DNA of 64,000 nucleotides from Phoronis australis (taxonomy: Eukaryota; Animalia; Phoronida): contig NMRA01000056.1 in NCBI GenBank assembly GCA_002633005.1, positions 71,165 through 135,164 of the forward strand. The letters are read 5' to 3'. The position numbers and the translations under genes were made by a program. Positions 24,706 through 37,640 of the stretch are shown piece by piece. Position 1 is the first letter of the stretch; every line of letters starts with the position of its first letter. Under the pieces are notes generated by a model. It did no database searches. It saw nothing but the letters and a program-made list of their open reading frames with translations, and was not told the DNA's origin.

Positions 24706-25702
24706 CATAGGCGGATTTAGAGGGGGGGGGCCCAGGGGGCCGGGCCCCCCCCTCTTGGCTGCCGCAAAAAAAAATAAAACAGTAAGAGCGTAGGGAAATG
24801 GTGAGTATATTAATAAACCCCGGTAATTAAAATTATACGGTTGAAAAGAAGATTTAAATGTGTGCAGTTTTAGTGTCAAATTCGGAACACGGCGCATTCG
24901 TAACGGAGCTATGGCTAATTATAGGCTCTCCCGCGCGATATCCCAGGCGACCGGCAGTGGCGCTGCGCACTACGACTCCGTTTTCGTCGTCTACTCCACT
25001 GTGCAATGAAGAAAAATTACTTCATTTTTTAAAGAGAATGGAACCTGAGTGACGATGAAAAAACAGAAGCTGCTGGTAAATGTGAATTTTAATCGAAGCC
25101 TTAGTGAATCACTCAGAAACTCGCAATACTCTCTTTGTCAAACCTTATCTTAAGACGATTTTCAAAGCAATCCCGTCATTATTGCCAACACGAAAAACGG
25201 ATTTGGTCTTTTGGGCATTTGAAGACTATTTTAAATACGACAAATTTGTTAACAATTGATGGCACAAAATATAAAACGTGTAATAAGCATTACGAAAAGA
25301 AGTAGGTTTTGCGCGCAAACGCTGTGGACCATAAACAAGTAGGTCTTTTAGTATGAGTGTTGTGGTTAATCCTGGTGGTGTAGTGGTAACGCACGCGCTC
25401 TCTATGCCCCAGGTCGTGAGTTCGAGTCTTTGGTACGTTCAGTTTTTCCTGTTTGACACGTTCTCCGTGTTTTGTTTTTTTTTCCTTTTTTTCTTGGAAA
25501 ATACTTCAGGAATCAAGGAAAATGCTTGATTTTTAGAGGTAAAAACAGAAAAATTTCCTGAGCGGGAGGGGGGCCAAACCCCCCTCCCGACCTCCCCCCA
25601 TTCGGTGCTATGCGCATCTACAATCGTGGTTTAGTTTGCGCAAATGCTTACAGCCGGACAAAATGTTGGGCCCCCCCTTGTGATATCCTAGATCCGCCAC
25701 TG
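24706..25702. mobile_element. hAT (Tip100-like) non-autonomous element, ~1 kb
   Basis: Termini CATAGGCGGATTTAGAGGGGGGG and (reverse complement) CAGTGGCGGATCTAGG, with G/C-run subterminal motifs; same terminus type as 62585. Flanked by CAAAT on both sides. Confidence 0.75.
25369..25440 (+). pseudogene. tRNA-derived (SINE-head-like) degenerate sequence inside the hAT element
   Basis: A box TGGTGTAGTGG (25376-25386) and B box GAGTTCGAGTC (25418-25428) at tRNA-like spacing. The D stem GTG/CAC pairs, but the anticodon, T and acceptor stems do not. Confidence 0.5.
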
Positions 25703-27472
25703 CAAATAACAGACTATTTGACATTTTGAAATAAGCATATAAATTAGACTGCAGTTTAGTATGATAAAAATCTAAACCAGTGGATTCGTTTTCGAGCTAG
25801 TGCTAATAGAGGCTCGATGCGAGACAATAACAGGCCCAATAAACTAAACGCACCCGGCGTGGTGACGCATTTGCCGAATCTCCTGGCGCGACATCTATTG
25901 GTAAAAATCACGCACATTGTGCTGAAAGATTCTCAGTGGTTGCAGACAGCGTGCTCAGAATCAGCCTCCACCGCGCTTATCGGATTGTGGGTGAGTGGTC
26001 TCTTAATCTTTATATTCCCGACGAAACAGAAATGGATTGAAGGACCTATTGCTGTTTCTCAGTTAGCTAATACTTGTTTTAACCTATCTGAGTTTTAACT
26101 TAGACATAAAACCCAGCTTGCGCGACTCAGCTGCAGGGCATATGGTCTATCAGGATATCAACCCTGAACTTTACTGATAATATCAGCGTCTCCCAGAACA
26201 AAAAGGGTCCATTTTATGGCAAAACTCTACAGAAGTGTTTCATATTTCGTAATTTAAAACACCGACAGCATTGCGTTTGTTTCTAAAGGGGAATCGCTGT
26301 TGCTTTCTGAAACACCTTATAAGGTCAAGTAGTAAGTATATGATTAAATCTGAGATTAAATATTACAATTATCAGTAGGCCTACAAGTATTTAATCTATG
26401 GTATAAGTTAGTAAAATGTTTATTTTATATTAGTATTACAGTTTAACAAACAAAACAGTATCACAAGTGCTATTGACCTACATAAAATGTGAAGCTGCAA
26501 TACATAAGACGAGACTTTACAGACAGTAAATGAACATGTGTCTACAAGACTTATCTCAGTTATCAACAATCAAATGACAAAATTTGGCAACATAAGCAGT
26601 GTTGACATTCACAGTCTTGGGATAAAAATAAGTTCTTAAAGGCTTAATGAAGCATGGATAAAGATTGACAACCATGAAAGAATCATATATTGACACTTTA
26701 ACCGGTGGAGATTGGGCAACTCAACCAGTTTGTGCACCACAGAATCTGCCGTTTCAGATCAAGGACACTATGCTGTTGTGGTTAATTAAGTCGCCTTAGG
26801 CTGCTGATGTTATTGTTCCCTAGGTAACGAGACCATGATAAACACATTAGGGGCAGCAATAGTATTTTTAAATTTTCGTAAATGAAAGTTTACATAGCTA
26901 TATTTGAATAGCTCATGAAAAGTACAGTCGCCTGGTAAGGTTTTTGAATTTTGAAAGTTGGACAAGGAATGTGTCTTTTACAACCTAAAATGTTTGTTTA
27001 ATATCGCAATTTAATATGTTCTTCATTAATTCTGTTGGGCGTCCAATATAATTGGACCAATTACTAAACCACGAGGCAGTGGTTTGATTTTGAGGTAAGC
27101 CGTGGCGTCATAGTACAATGGCATAATCTTACAGTTTCAGGAAGCTTATTCCACTGACAAACCCCCAGGTGGTTTAGTTGAACTAGGCCACAAATTAATA
27201 AGTGATCTCTGCCCCCCCCCCCCAACCCGGCGAGATGAACTGACTGGTTTTCCAATCCCAGACTTAAACCTATTTTGATTAAAGAACAATTTCATAATGG
27301 TTAGTGGTCTAAAGCAAAATTTGTTTTTTTTTGACAAAAAGCACAAGACTATAGAACAAGAGGTTGTTTATTCAATCTTACCATAAAAGGAATTGCCAAA
27401 ACTCACTTCCTTCTTACGTTATTATGAGTCCCAAATTTTTTCAAGGTATTGTCTTTTGGTACTATAGTGCAG

Positions 27473-27725
27473 GGGCCTATTTCAAGAAAAATGACTTACC
27501 TAAGACAAATCTTAAATTTCAGTCAATTTTTTTAAGATCAAACTTGAATTTGTCTCAACTCCATTTCAAGAAAAAGGTTTTAAGTTTGACTAATAAGTTT
27601 TTGACTGAAGTTTTTTCTTAATTTTGACTAACTTACGGATATGAAAGGTTCAAAGTTTTTAAGATCAGACAAATCTTAAAACTGAAGTCAAGAATGAAGT
27701 TAAGTCAGTTTCTTGGAACGGGACC
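27473..27725. mobile_element. PIF/Harbinger-type MITE with CAG target-site duplication
   Basis: CAG|GGGCCTATTTCAAGAAAAATGACTTA...TAAGTCAGTTTCTTGGAACGGGACC|CAG, with an internal repeat AGACAAATCTTAAA. Confidence 0.7.
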
Positions 27726-28460
27726 CAGACCTTTATGTCTATGCTGCATTATTTTGGTACTACATAATTTATTTCAGAATTATTACATGCCCAAAATTTC
27801 TTGTAAATTTCGTCAAAATCCCGAGGGCTGCCTTAAAAACGTTTTTTTGCCATAACAATTGATGTGTCTAAAACTTTAAACCACATGACGCAACTTTTGT
27901 AAAAACACGCTTGGGCAAAGTAAAGTGAACCCTGTTACTTTTTGTTAATAGTTTTATTTTAAACTTAACAGTTGTAAACTGCATTTAGCTTTCGTAAAAA
28001 CATTCAATTTAGCATCTAATAAATACTTTTTGAAGTTGTAACATTAAAACTTAAAAAATGTTACAGTCAGAATTGCTTCCCTGGGTGTAAGGGACTAAAT
28101 TGAACTTGAGACAGCCCAGCTGAGTCTCACCGCGTGGTTTCTTGAGTTGGGATTCATCTCCGGTTGAATGAAAGTGAATATGGAATTCACCGCTGAAGAT
28201 GGGTCCATTGAAGCTGTTTGCATGTCTTTCCGACTAAACAGTCTACAAAATTTGGTCTACCATTGTTTTGGTGTGAATGGACATTTCTTTTTAGCCAAAT
28301 TTTACTCAAAAGACATGGCCACATGAGCCAATCAATGACACATTGATAAAACGTCAAGCATCTAATTCTACATGTTTTCTACTTGTAGAAAATATACTTT
28401 CACTATAGTTTTGTAGATATTTGGCCAAACAGACTTGGCTTAGTTGCTTAGGTCTGTGAG

Positions 28461-28647
28461 CAGGGGCGAATCCAGGATTTTGAGTTTTTCAGTTTGGGGG
28501 TGGGGGGGCACAGGAATGACCTGAATTTCGGCACATGCGTGCACCCAGCCTAAAATGTAGGGATGCAGGGGTCTCCAATTTTTGGTTTTGCGGACCATAT
28601 CACTAAAAAAAAGGCCCCCCTTCCCGAGCCCCCCTGGATACGCGCAT
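28461..28647. mobile_element. Short hAT-like MITE
   Basis: CAGGGGCGAATCCAGG...CCTGGATACGCGCAT imperfect TIRs. The internal 22-mer GCACCCAGCCTAAAATGTAGGG (28541-28562) also occurs at 1384-1405. Confidence 0.55.
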
Positions 28648-28882
28648 ATATTAGTTGGCAATTCGCACCCCGAACCGCCAAATGGTATCTGGGAGAATTT
28701 TAGGTGGGGGCCATGGTCCCCTTACCCTCCACCCTGGTGTTGATATAACATTTTAATATTCTAACTTGGGCAGTTCTCTGAATTTGGTCACCAGTAGGTG
28801 CCAGCTTATTCTGGCAATGACATGGTTTTAGAAGCGTTGCCGAGATTTGTGAGATTTCTGCTGCATTTGAATAACCGTATTA

Positions 28883-29227
28883 CCGTATGTTCACGCCCAT
28901 GGGGCCAAAATCCGAAGCAATGTCATTTTTCGCGGCCTTTTTACCAAATGGTGCGCATAAGTTTCGCATATAAGCTCAGGTATTGTCCCCTGCATAGGCC
29001 CATACATTAATTTGCATCTGTTTTTTTAAATTAATTTGCTTTTCATAACTACATTTTACTGTATTGTTGCACCGTAACTGAGGTCCATGTGGCCTATATC
29101 TGAAATAATGCCTTCTTTTTGGCCTTTTTTTACTCATGTGGTTCACATATTGACGCGTGTGCCTAAGTTTTGCATATAAGCACAGTTCCGCACAGTTGCC
29201 CATGGGCATAATGGCGTGGCAATACTG
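28883..29227. mobile_element. pogo/Tigger-like MITE
   Basis: TA|CCGTATGTTCACGCCCATGGG...CCCATGGGCATAATGGCGTGGCAATACTG|TA, with an internal direct repeat ending in GCATATAAGC. Confidence 0.5.
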
Positions 29228-30190
29228 TAATCATTGTTTCTGGAGAAAAATGTTTCCTGCACTTTGAAGTAATATAAGCGGAAAGGGGATCGTTAAACCA
29301 TCTCCCAACATTTTCTTTGAATGGCTTGGTCCTACTCTTAGAAGTAAGCAGTGTGATTGCACTGTGGTTTATAAATGCATGAATGAAAGTTGCTCTAGCG
29401 AGTATTCGTGATTTATTACTACACAAATCGATATTTACTGTACCACGTCTGGGACTGCGCATTGCTATGCAAGTACTGGTACATATCCATAGTGAATAAA
29501 ATTGCTGTTAAAATACCCAATACGGAGCCAAAATGTTTTATTGATGGTTAGGAAAATTTTGGTGCATAAATCATGACAAAGAACTTATACTTTGTACAGT
29601 TTAAATTGGCTTTGCAAGTGATATTCAGGCAGTTTTGAGCACACTGACAGATGGCAGCATAGGTTTTTACAATGCCAAATAGCTTCAAATACGAGTTTGC
29701 CAATATGGAAAAATTTAGGACGCAGTACTAGGACTATGAGAAATATATAGTAATGGGAAAACTGACAACATGTCAAGAATTGTACAATGACACCTGGCTT
29801 ACCTCAAAATTCAACTGCTGCCTGCTGGTTTGGTAATTGACCCAATCATGTTGCACATCCAGCAGAATTAATGAGGAGCATAATATGGCAACATTAAACA
29901 AACAATTTAGGTTGTAACAATCACCTTTCTTGTCTGATTTGCAAAATTCAGAATCCTGATCATGTGTACTTTTCACGAACTATTCAAATATTCTATTTAA
30001 AAACTTTCAAAACGAAAATTTAAAAATACTATCGTCGCCCCTGAGCGTGTTTATGTTGGGTCTAATCATCTGAAGAACAAAAACGTCTGTAGCCTGAGGC
30101 GATGTAATTGGCTACAACTGCATGGTGTCTTTGCGGCAGGCTCTGCAGTGGTCAAACCCAGTGAAGTAGTCAAATCTCGACCAGTGAGGA

Positions 30191-30271
30191 CGTCAACATG
30201 ATTCTTTTCACGAAAGACAAACTTCACATAGGCGTCAACATGATTCTTTTCATGAAAGACAAACTTCACAT
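30191..30271. repeat. 42-bp tandem duplication (2 copies)
   Basis: CGTCAACATGATTCTTTTCAYGAAAGACAAACTTCACAT at 30191 and 30233, one mismatch. Confidence 0.9.
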
Positions 30272-32616
30272 TTTCATTTATGTTTTGCTAACACTGAACT
30301 TCACAGAATTAATAAAAGGACTATAATTGCTAAATTGCTTTTAACATATGAACCTGAATAAAAAAGTATTAATATCTAGCGATGTGGGTAATTCTTAACG
30401 GTGTGCAGCACAGGTCTCATGTTTTGGCCACACCACCTTAAGGTTAACAAACAAGTGCCTACGTACTGGTCAACACCAATCGCTGAATGACTGGAATTCG
30501 AAGTCAGGACACCAATTGTTGGTGGGCAAAGAACTTTGCTGCAAAGTCTCAGTGCTAAGGATACCTTGGATGGTTCATCCGATTCCAAAGATGTCAAAAC
30601 TTCAGCCCGAAACTGTATTTACGGTAACCTATTCCACTCAGCACAAAAAGAACTCCCCAAATTGCAGACTCTCTATTTCACGATTTTATTGTTATAAAAT
30701 ATGCTCAAGCTGATGTTGCCTAATTTTTGTATTGTGAATAATCCTAACATGCTATGATGCAAAAATTTTATTGAAGTTTATTTTTTCATGTTGAGAAATT
30801 TGACAAATTAAATTTTACTTATCCTACCCCATATTTTGTACTTAATTGAAGAGCGTTAAGTTGGACCGCCCTTAAATCGTTTGGTACCCCTCGTTCTACC
30901 GCCTAACTGCTCTGATAAGGGCATGTTAGTGGATGAAGTATTTTATGTTTCCACTTTTCATTGTGGGGAGTGCTAAGTTTTTGTTGCAACAAATATGTCC
31001 TACTTAGAACGGGAAAAAATATTTCGTTTCATGGTGGGTCGCGCGAGGTAAAGAATCTTACGGTAAAAAAATCGCTAATAAGTTATTTTACTCAAGGCTG
31101 GAGTTGGTGTACAGAATTTTAGAAATTGCCAATTTTGCCAGTTCCAAGTTCATAGTTCATGAATTATGAGAAAGATGGCAAATTTACCCATGCCCAAACT
31201 CATGTACCTGTTGTGAACGCCCAATTCTATTGTCATGCCTTGTCGCGCAAAACGCACAGAATTTTGAGAAATGTCGTAAAGCGAAAATTGTGTGGGTCAA
31301 AACTCGGAAAATTCAAGTTGTTCTTGGATTTCTGTGTGCGGAATTTAAGACGTCGCTATTAGGTAAATTGTTCAGTAATTTTAATTTGCACCTTACCGTA
31401 AGTTGTTAGCAGAGGGCAGTCTGAGTTGTCTCTGCACAAGTTGGCTCACTGGTGGGTGATACAGCAGCGCTTGTGAATCGGTCTGATAAAACATTGATTA
31501 ATCAATTTACTTGGCTAACTTATTTTTGGACTTTGTTGACAGCTCTGTAATTTTCTTTTCATTTTGAGGACAAACTAAATAATAGTATACACACATGCAT
31601 GCACACACACGCGACGCGCGCATACGTGCCACCCATGCACACGCGACACGCACACACTCACAGACATGCAATTTAACAGTTCTTGATTATTGATCTGACC
31701 AAAATGTCTTATTACAAGGCGACAGCTTTTTGATCCTGTCCACAATTTGCATATATCCGATCTTGATTCAAATCGACTTCTGATTTATCTGGCTTCTGCT
31801 TGCTGGGAGCTGTTAAACCGTCTGCTGCCTTCATCATGAAGTTATCACCAAAGGAAGATCTCGCATACTTGTGATTGTCGACTACCGTTGCAGGGTAATT
31901 ATCTTTATATTTCACTGTTGCAGCTACACTTAAAATCAGTGATAACTATACTAGGCAAGCACTTCTTAATGACAGTTTTACGCTATGACCATATCTGCTT
32001 ACCACACAAAAAGGTCAAGCCGTGATATAAATTTCCAGAATACAAATTTGTCTGACTTGGAATAGTGGACTTAATGGAGACAGTAGCCAGTTTAAGATCT
32101 ATTTAAATACATTCCATCTGCGTGGGAATATTATTAATACACTAGGAGTAATACAGTGTCTGGGTTAGCAGTGCAGTAACGGCGAGTACCATACTGGTTC
32201 TAAAAGAGGTATGTCACCAACCGCTTGGCTCAGTTGTGCATGGCACGAACATCAATAATTTATCTATTGATTTGCTTCCGTAGAGAAATCCAATTCCTTT
32301 ATAGGTATTGTTTGTGTTTTAAGTTTTTTGCGATTTCTAACACCGTAAGTATAAACATCTTGTGAATGTTTATTTTTCAGCCACTTCTGCTCTACTGGAT
32401 AAATGAAATGCGGCACCACGTGTGATTTTGTTGATTAGTCATGGGATTATCATGAGTCTCTGACTTGCTTTACTAAAATGCTAATTAGAACCGGTTTAAA
32501 TTCGAGATCAAAATGCACAATCTAAATTTTATTGATTTGTCGAGTGCGATTTACAAGGCTGCTCCACTTTATTGTCTACAGCTCACTATCAGTTTCAGAC
32601 AGTGCCTCGTTGAGAT

Positions 32617-32771
32617 ATGGCAAACTACGTGAAAATTGGGAGAATGATGGGTGACGGTGTCGACACCCACCGACCGCACAGAATGTGGCGACGGATGGGC
32701 CGTCACTCTATGCCTACGCTGGTGATCTTGCCTAAACTCACAGATGGCGCTGTTAGTGACCCGTTGGCGGG
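32617..32771 (+). CDS. Candidate first coding exon A (51 codons + 2 nt) of a large plus-strand gene; product unknown
   Basis: In-frame TGA at 32611, then gatATGG. Open frame MANYVKIGRMMGDGVDTHRPHRMWRRMGRHSMPTLVILPKLTDGAVSDPLAG runs to a consensus donor GG|GTAAGT (phase 2). Locally GC/CpG-enriched, with an upstream acceptor TTTTTCAG ending at 32380. Confidence 0.5.
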
Positions 32772-34207
32772 GTAAGTATTTTGATGTTATCGCGTGCCAG
32801 TTCACTGTTGAAGCTGTACTGGTTGATTGGAAGTGAGATTGTGTCTGGTTTCAGTGACTATGAATGCACCGCTTGAGTGAAACTGCTGTAAACCTCACCA
32901 ATTTAGGACGCAATATGTTTGACAGCTGAAATTTTATTTTCTTATTTTTTCATAAACATACCAAAGACTTAATACTTGTGCCCATTCAAGTTTCGTGATA
33001 TCTAACAACATGCAGAATTTTGGGCACTCAATGCAGCAACGCGAGAAGTCCATGAAAAATGGGAAAAGAGAATTATTTTTGTACGAACTTGGTGAGAATT
33101 TTTACCTTAAGTTTGTTCAAGATGATTTAGCGCCAGCATGAGGTCCACATTTTACACCGTACCATTTTGTGCCAATGTAATAGCCAAACCTAGTTGTGAT
33201 CCCTGGTTGCTCCTGCAAAGTGTCACTTTTAATTTATATGGCAGCTCCCTACTTAGATTGATTTATGACTATGACAAGCCTTTCCTTTTTCGGACAGAAT
33301 AGGTGTCAAAATTAATCTTTCATATTTCAAAGGCTTTTAGTATTGAGGTAAATGTCCACATGGTCTCAAAACATTGTCTGGTGGTAGCTGATGTGTGGAA
33401 CTCTACAAAGGTAAAGCGTTAAATCTGGTGCTGCTTATTTTTATGCAAAAAAAATGAAAATTAAGCTTCGCTTGTTCACCAAGTTGTGCTCTAAGTTGGC
33501 GAGATTTTAATGTTAAGAGTGTGACATATCAGCTAAAGTAAAATTGCCGAGAATTGTTGACCGCGGAGTTCACTTTGACAGGTCCTTTGACTCGAGTTCA
33601 AGGTTTTGCTCATTTACTACTGTGGATGTGAATGACACGACCGTTGTTTGCGAGCATGTTTGATATGTGAGCTGGCAGTTAATAGCCGATTAGTCATGTT
33701 AGAGGATTTAACAGAATTATTGCCAGGAACACCGTAATGTATTATCCACTGTTCATTTTAGCCATTTGTGAATTAAAAATTCCTAGTAGCACAATGTGAT
33801 AGCTGAGTATAGCCAGTAGTATCTGGATTATGTAAACCAGGCTGCAGATTTCAGGCCCAATTAGGCCCAATTGCCAAACTGGCCCCTAGTAAAATTTTTC
33901 TAAATGCCCTGATGTTGTGATTGCATGCAGAGATTGGAAAACATTTTATTGCCTGCAGTTTCAACTGTTAATGACTCCATGTTCTTGGTTGGGTTAATCA
34001 ACAACAATTTAACACATGGCAACCAGTAATAACACTGGAGCACTCAGTGTCAGTGAACGGTTACTTTCATTGCACAGAATACGAAATTCTGTGAGTAAAA
34101 CCATACATATGTATGCACGCAGGGTGCGATGTAGAAATTTCTATTCATAGTTATTATTTTTATGATCATTATGAAATTATTATCATTATGAACATTGTTA
34201 TTAATTC

Positions 34208-34243
34208 TCATCATCATCATCATCATCATCATCATTATCATCA
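34208..34243. repeat. (CAT)n microsatellite
   Basis: About 9 perfect CAT units plus degenerate flanks; it explains the poly-His and poly-Met ORFs in the track. Confidence 0.95.
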
Positions 34244-37200
34244 GTATTATTATTGTTTGTTCTGTGTTTTTTCTTCAGTTGACATATGTTATTATGTCAA
34301 GTTATTAATTGTATTTGTTCTCCACTAATGGCACAATTATGTAGGATACAACACTCTGAATCCTAGGTGTTATTATGTCAAGTTTCTTTGTTCAAATGAT
34401 TTTCAAGATAAGTCACTTCAATGACGTAGTTTGTGTTACACAAAACAACACCTGGTTCAATTTTTACTAGATTTAGCAAGGCCAGCCACCCTTTGAACAA
34501 TAAGGATGGTGAAAATATCTAAAACACCTGTAGGTGTCCACGGTGCCTCGATGGTGATATGAAGCTTGGTCTAAGTTTAGCAAACCTATGGCACTATGCC
34601 ACCACGCCTGAATTTTCCTGGATGGTGATTATTGTATTCGAGGCCAGTTTTTATTGTGTTGAAGGCCAGTTTTGTTTCCTTAAAATGCCCTAACATCCAA
34701 CTATAGTTCAAAGTGGGGGTAGGAGGGAGTTTTGTCTGGCAACTTAGGATTGGACCATGAGCTCGGGTTTGACTTTGTGTCATGGTTATGTTTTGAATGT
34801 GAATTTGGTTTTGACTTTTCATCACGGTTATTTCTCAGAGAAAATCTGATCTCAGTTCTTGAATCCTGGCTAAATCCAAAGGTCTCTGAGTGTTACTAAT
34901 AATCTCTGAGGGAGATAAAACTATTAACACAGATACATACAGTTACATAAGTGAAGATACAGCATTGTCACATTCTGATTAAATTCTTTGTCCAATGCCA
35001 TTTGTAACTTGGTTTTGTGTCTTTAATAAATAAAAGCCTCTTTCCTTTAGTTTGTAATTTGCAATGCCTGATGTGTTTATTAATTGCTTTAGTATAATGG
35101 AAGAGATATTTGCGTGTGTCCATAAAGGAAAAAAGTTTTCCCATTCATCCATTCATGTTAACAGTGTCAGTTAACTTCGCAGTAAACAGGTTTAACAGCG
35201 GAGCATTGACGCTGTGGTGCGGTATGAACAATCAGCTTCGGCGTCATCCAAGTTATTGCCAGGGGTCACTGCTATCGTCAACTATTGAAGGACAAAGTTA
35301 TCCCTTAAATATGTGCTAATTTTTTTTTTGAATGATAACCAATCTAATTAGAAATAAATTTATGTTATTTATCTCCCGTAAATGTTCTCAAGTTGTCAAT
35401 TAAAAAAATCTTAGAGCACAGTACGCATCAGCACTACCTTGAAATTACTTCCATGTTGACAGCGTCACCTACTGTTTACTTCGATGCTGTTAACTAAGCC
35501 GGTACGAATGGTGCGATCAACTTCGCAGTTTACATACTTCCCACTCAGTTCATTCCTGAGTTCAGTTTGTATGGAAGGGCTTTATGATATCAGCAATGGA
35601 GTTTCCCATTGCAAATACCATGAAACATGGTACCAGTTGAAAATACTGAACCGTGGCTTGGGACAAGTTTGTACTTTCCCAAAAATTAAAACGTCAACTA
35701 GATTTAATAATCTGCATTCTCACAGTGTCTGCACTCTCTGCGAAAGGATGCTATTTGTACAGATCGCTGCCTTGTTTTTTTTCTTTAATTAAACTTGTTT
35801 TGATTTTTCTGCACAGAATATGACTGCATTGTTTGTTATCTGTGGTCAAGTTTTGAAAATTTTCAGGACTAGATTTTGGAAAATTGAAAATGTCTATTTC
35901 AGCAATTATTTATGTCAGAATTTGAAGGCATCAAATCTGTTCTAGTTTGATAACTGTAAAATCAATACTTGGGTCTGTGTGGTGCTAAATTGAAATTAAC
36001 TGGATTTAGGCTTCACTGAAAAACGGAGATAAAACGAAACAAATTGCAAAACAAACGAACTGTATTCCAAAGATCAACATTGGTAAGGCAGAAAGCTTTT
36101 TATATCAATTCCATGTCTATGGCATTCATCTACTTGGATTTGATTAATCTAGTAAATGTCAAAGGAAAGATTGATACTGTTTTAACAGTCAGCCCAACAA
36201 TCATGCAGTCATGATAAGTGAAGAGTCGTGACCTGACGAGATTTGCGTAGTAGTAGCCTTCCACACAACATTGCTTTGACAACACCCATCAAAAACAATA
36301 ACACAATTACCAGAGACAGTACAGTCTCTATCAACAAATGGTGATTTAAAGCAGCACTTGAACATGCTTAAAAGCATGTTGTTTTGCTCAGATTGTCTCA
36401 GCACTCACTCACAAATGATGTAGGCGACTTACGGTATAATCCTAACAATTTAAACACACAATATGGCAGACAAGTGATATTTTATTTTATTTTATTATTC
36501 TTTTCAAAAGAAGATAGCGCAAACATAATGATTTTCGAGTTCTGTACCATAAGTTTATAATCATCAGACAATAAAATTGTGGGCATTCACGATAGCGTCA
36601 GACGACCTTGAAAATTTGCAATTATTTTTGTCCGAAATTGGTGAGATTTTACTGACAGTGTGAAAGTCTGGCTGCTATGGCCTAGTTTCACTAATGTCAA
36701 AAATAACCATACAAAGTGAGTCGGAATTCCCCATCATGACAGGTGAGTCCTAGAGAATTCTCAGTCATGTGACGGCAAGCAGAATTCCTTGTCATGATAT
36801 CGAAATTGACAAAGGGAGCAAGAACAAAGACCATTTCCTTGTATGTGACAGGTTATTGCCAGTCATGTTTATTTTGAGTATGTACAAGCATGGCTTGAAA
36901 TTTGAGTATTTGGTCAGCCAATTTTCTTTAAGGCCTGTTTTGTTGCAAAGAAGTTCCTAAAAATAAGCTTGGGACAATTATTGTATAACTGATGTCCCAT
37001 GCAAGGTTAGACTATCACCAGTTGAAGAGATAACAAACATTAGGTTGTTAGGTGTAAATGAGTTGTTTTCAATAAAACATACAGACTGCAGGTTATGGTT
37101 TTATGATGTCTGTGTTGGTTCAAATAGTTTTGAACAAATTTTTAGATGTTTGTAAGAGTGCAATCCATGTAGTATAGAGGTGCATGTCCTTGCGTACTTG

Positions 37201-37640
37201 GGATATTTTAAGGGGGACCCAAAAACAATGTCTAAAGGAAAAACGTTCATAATAAAAGTGGTGGTCTGTGCCGGAGACCCCACCCACCTCAGTGGACAAT
37301 ACGATATCCCAATGAAACTATGTGTAAAAGTTGTAAGCCAACGTCTTCTCATTTAATAGTATACTCTGTAGAACCTGAGAACTGTAAGTTCAAGGATGAA
37401 GATTACGACTTATGAGATCTTGTGTCCAAAGAGCCTTCTAAAACCAGATGGGGTGTGTGCTAAACAGATGGTAACCACAATCTTGTGCCAGAAAGGGCGG
37501 AGGTCAGTACAATAGCAAGTGTTGAAAAAACCATTATCTCCAGTCTATGACAGACTCTGAGAAAACGTTTGGGGCTCATCTCATCAGCTTGCCCAACCTT
37601 ATTCAAAGCCAGTCACTTCAGTCAGTGAGGCCTTGCTTAA

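Noticed and set aside
25369-25440. Functional tRNA gene
   Set aside because: A and B boxes are present, but the acceptor, anticodon and T stems do not pair; recorded as a tRNA-derived remnant.
31712-31915. Minus-strand 67-aa ORF (KYKDNYPATVVDNHKY...) as a terminal exon
   Set aside because: Only a weak acceptor-like CAACAG, no recognisable domain and no supportable partner exons; cannot be excluded but cannot be called.
34050-34328. Poly-His and poly-Met ORFs
   Set aside because: Produced by the (CAT)n microsatellite.
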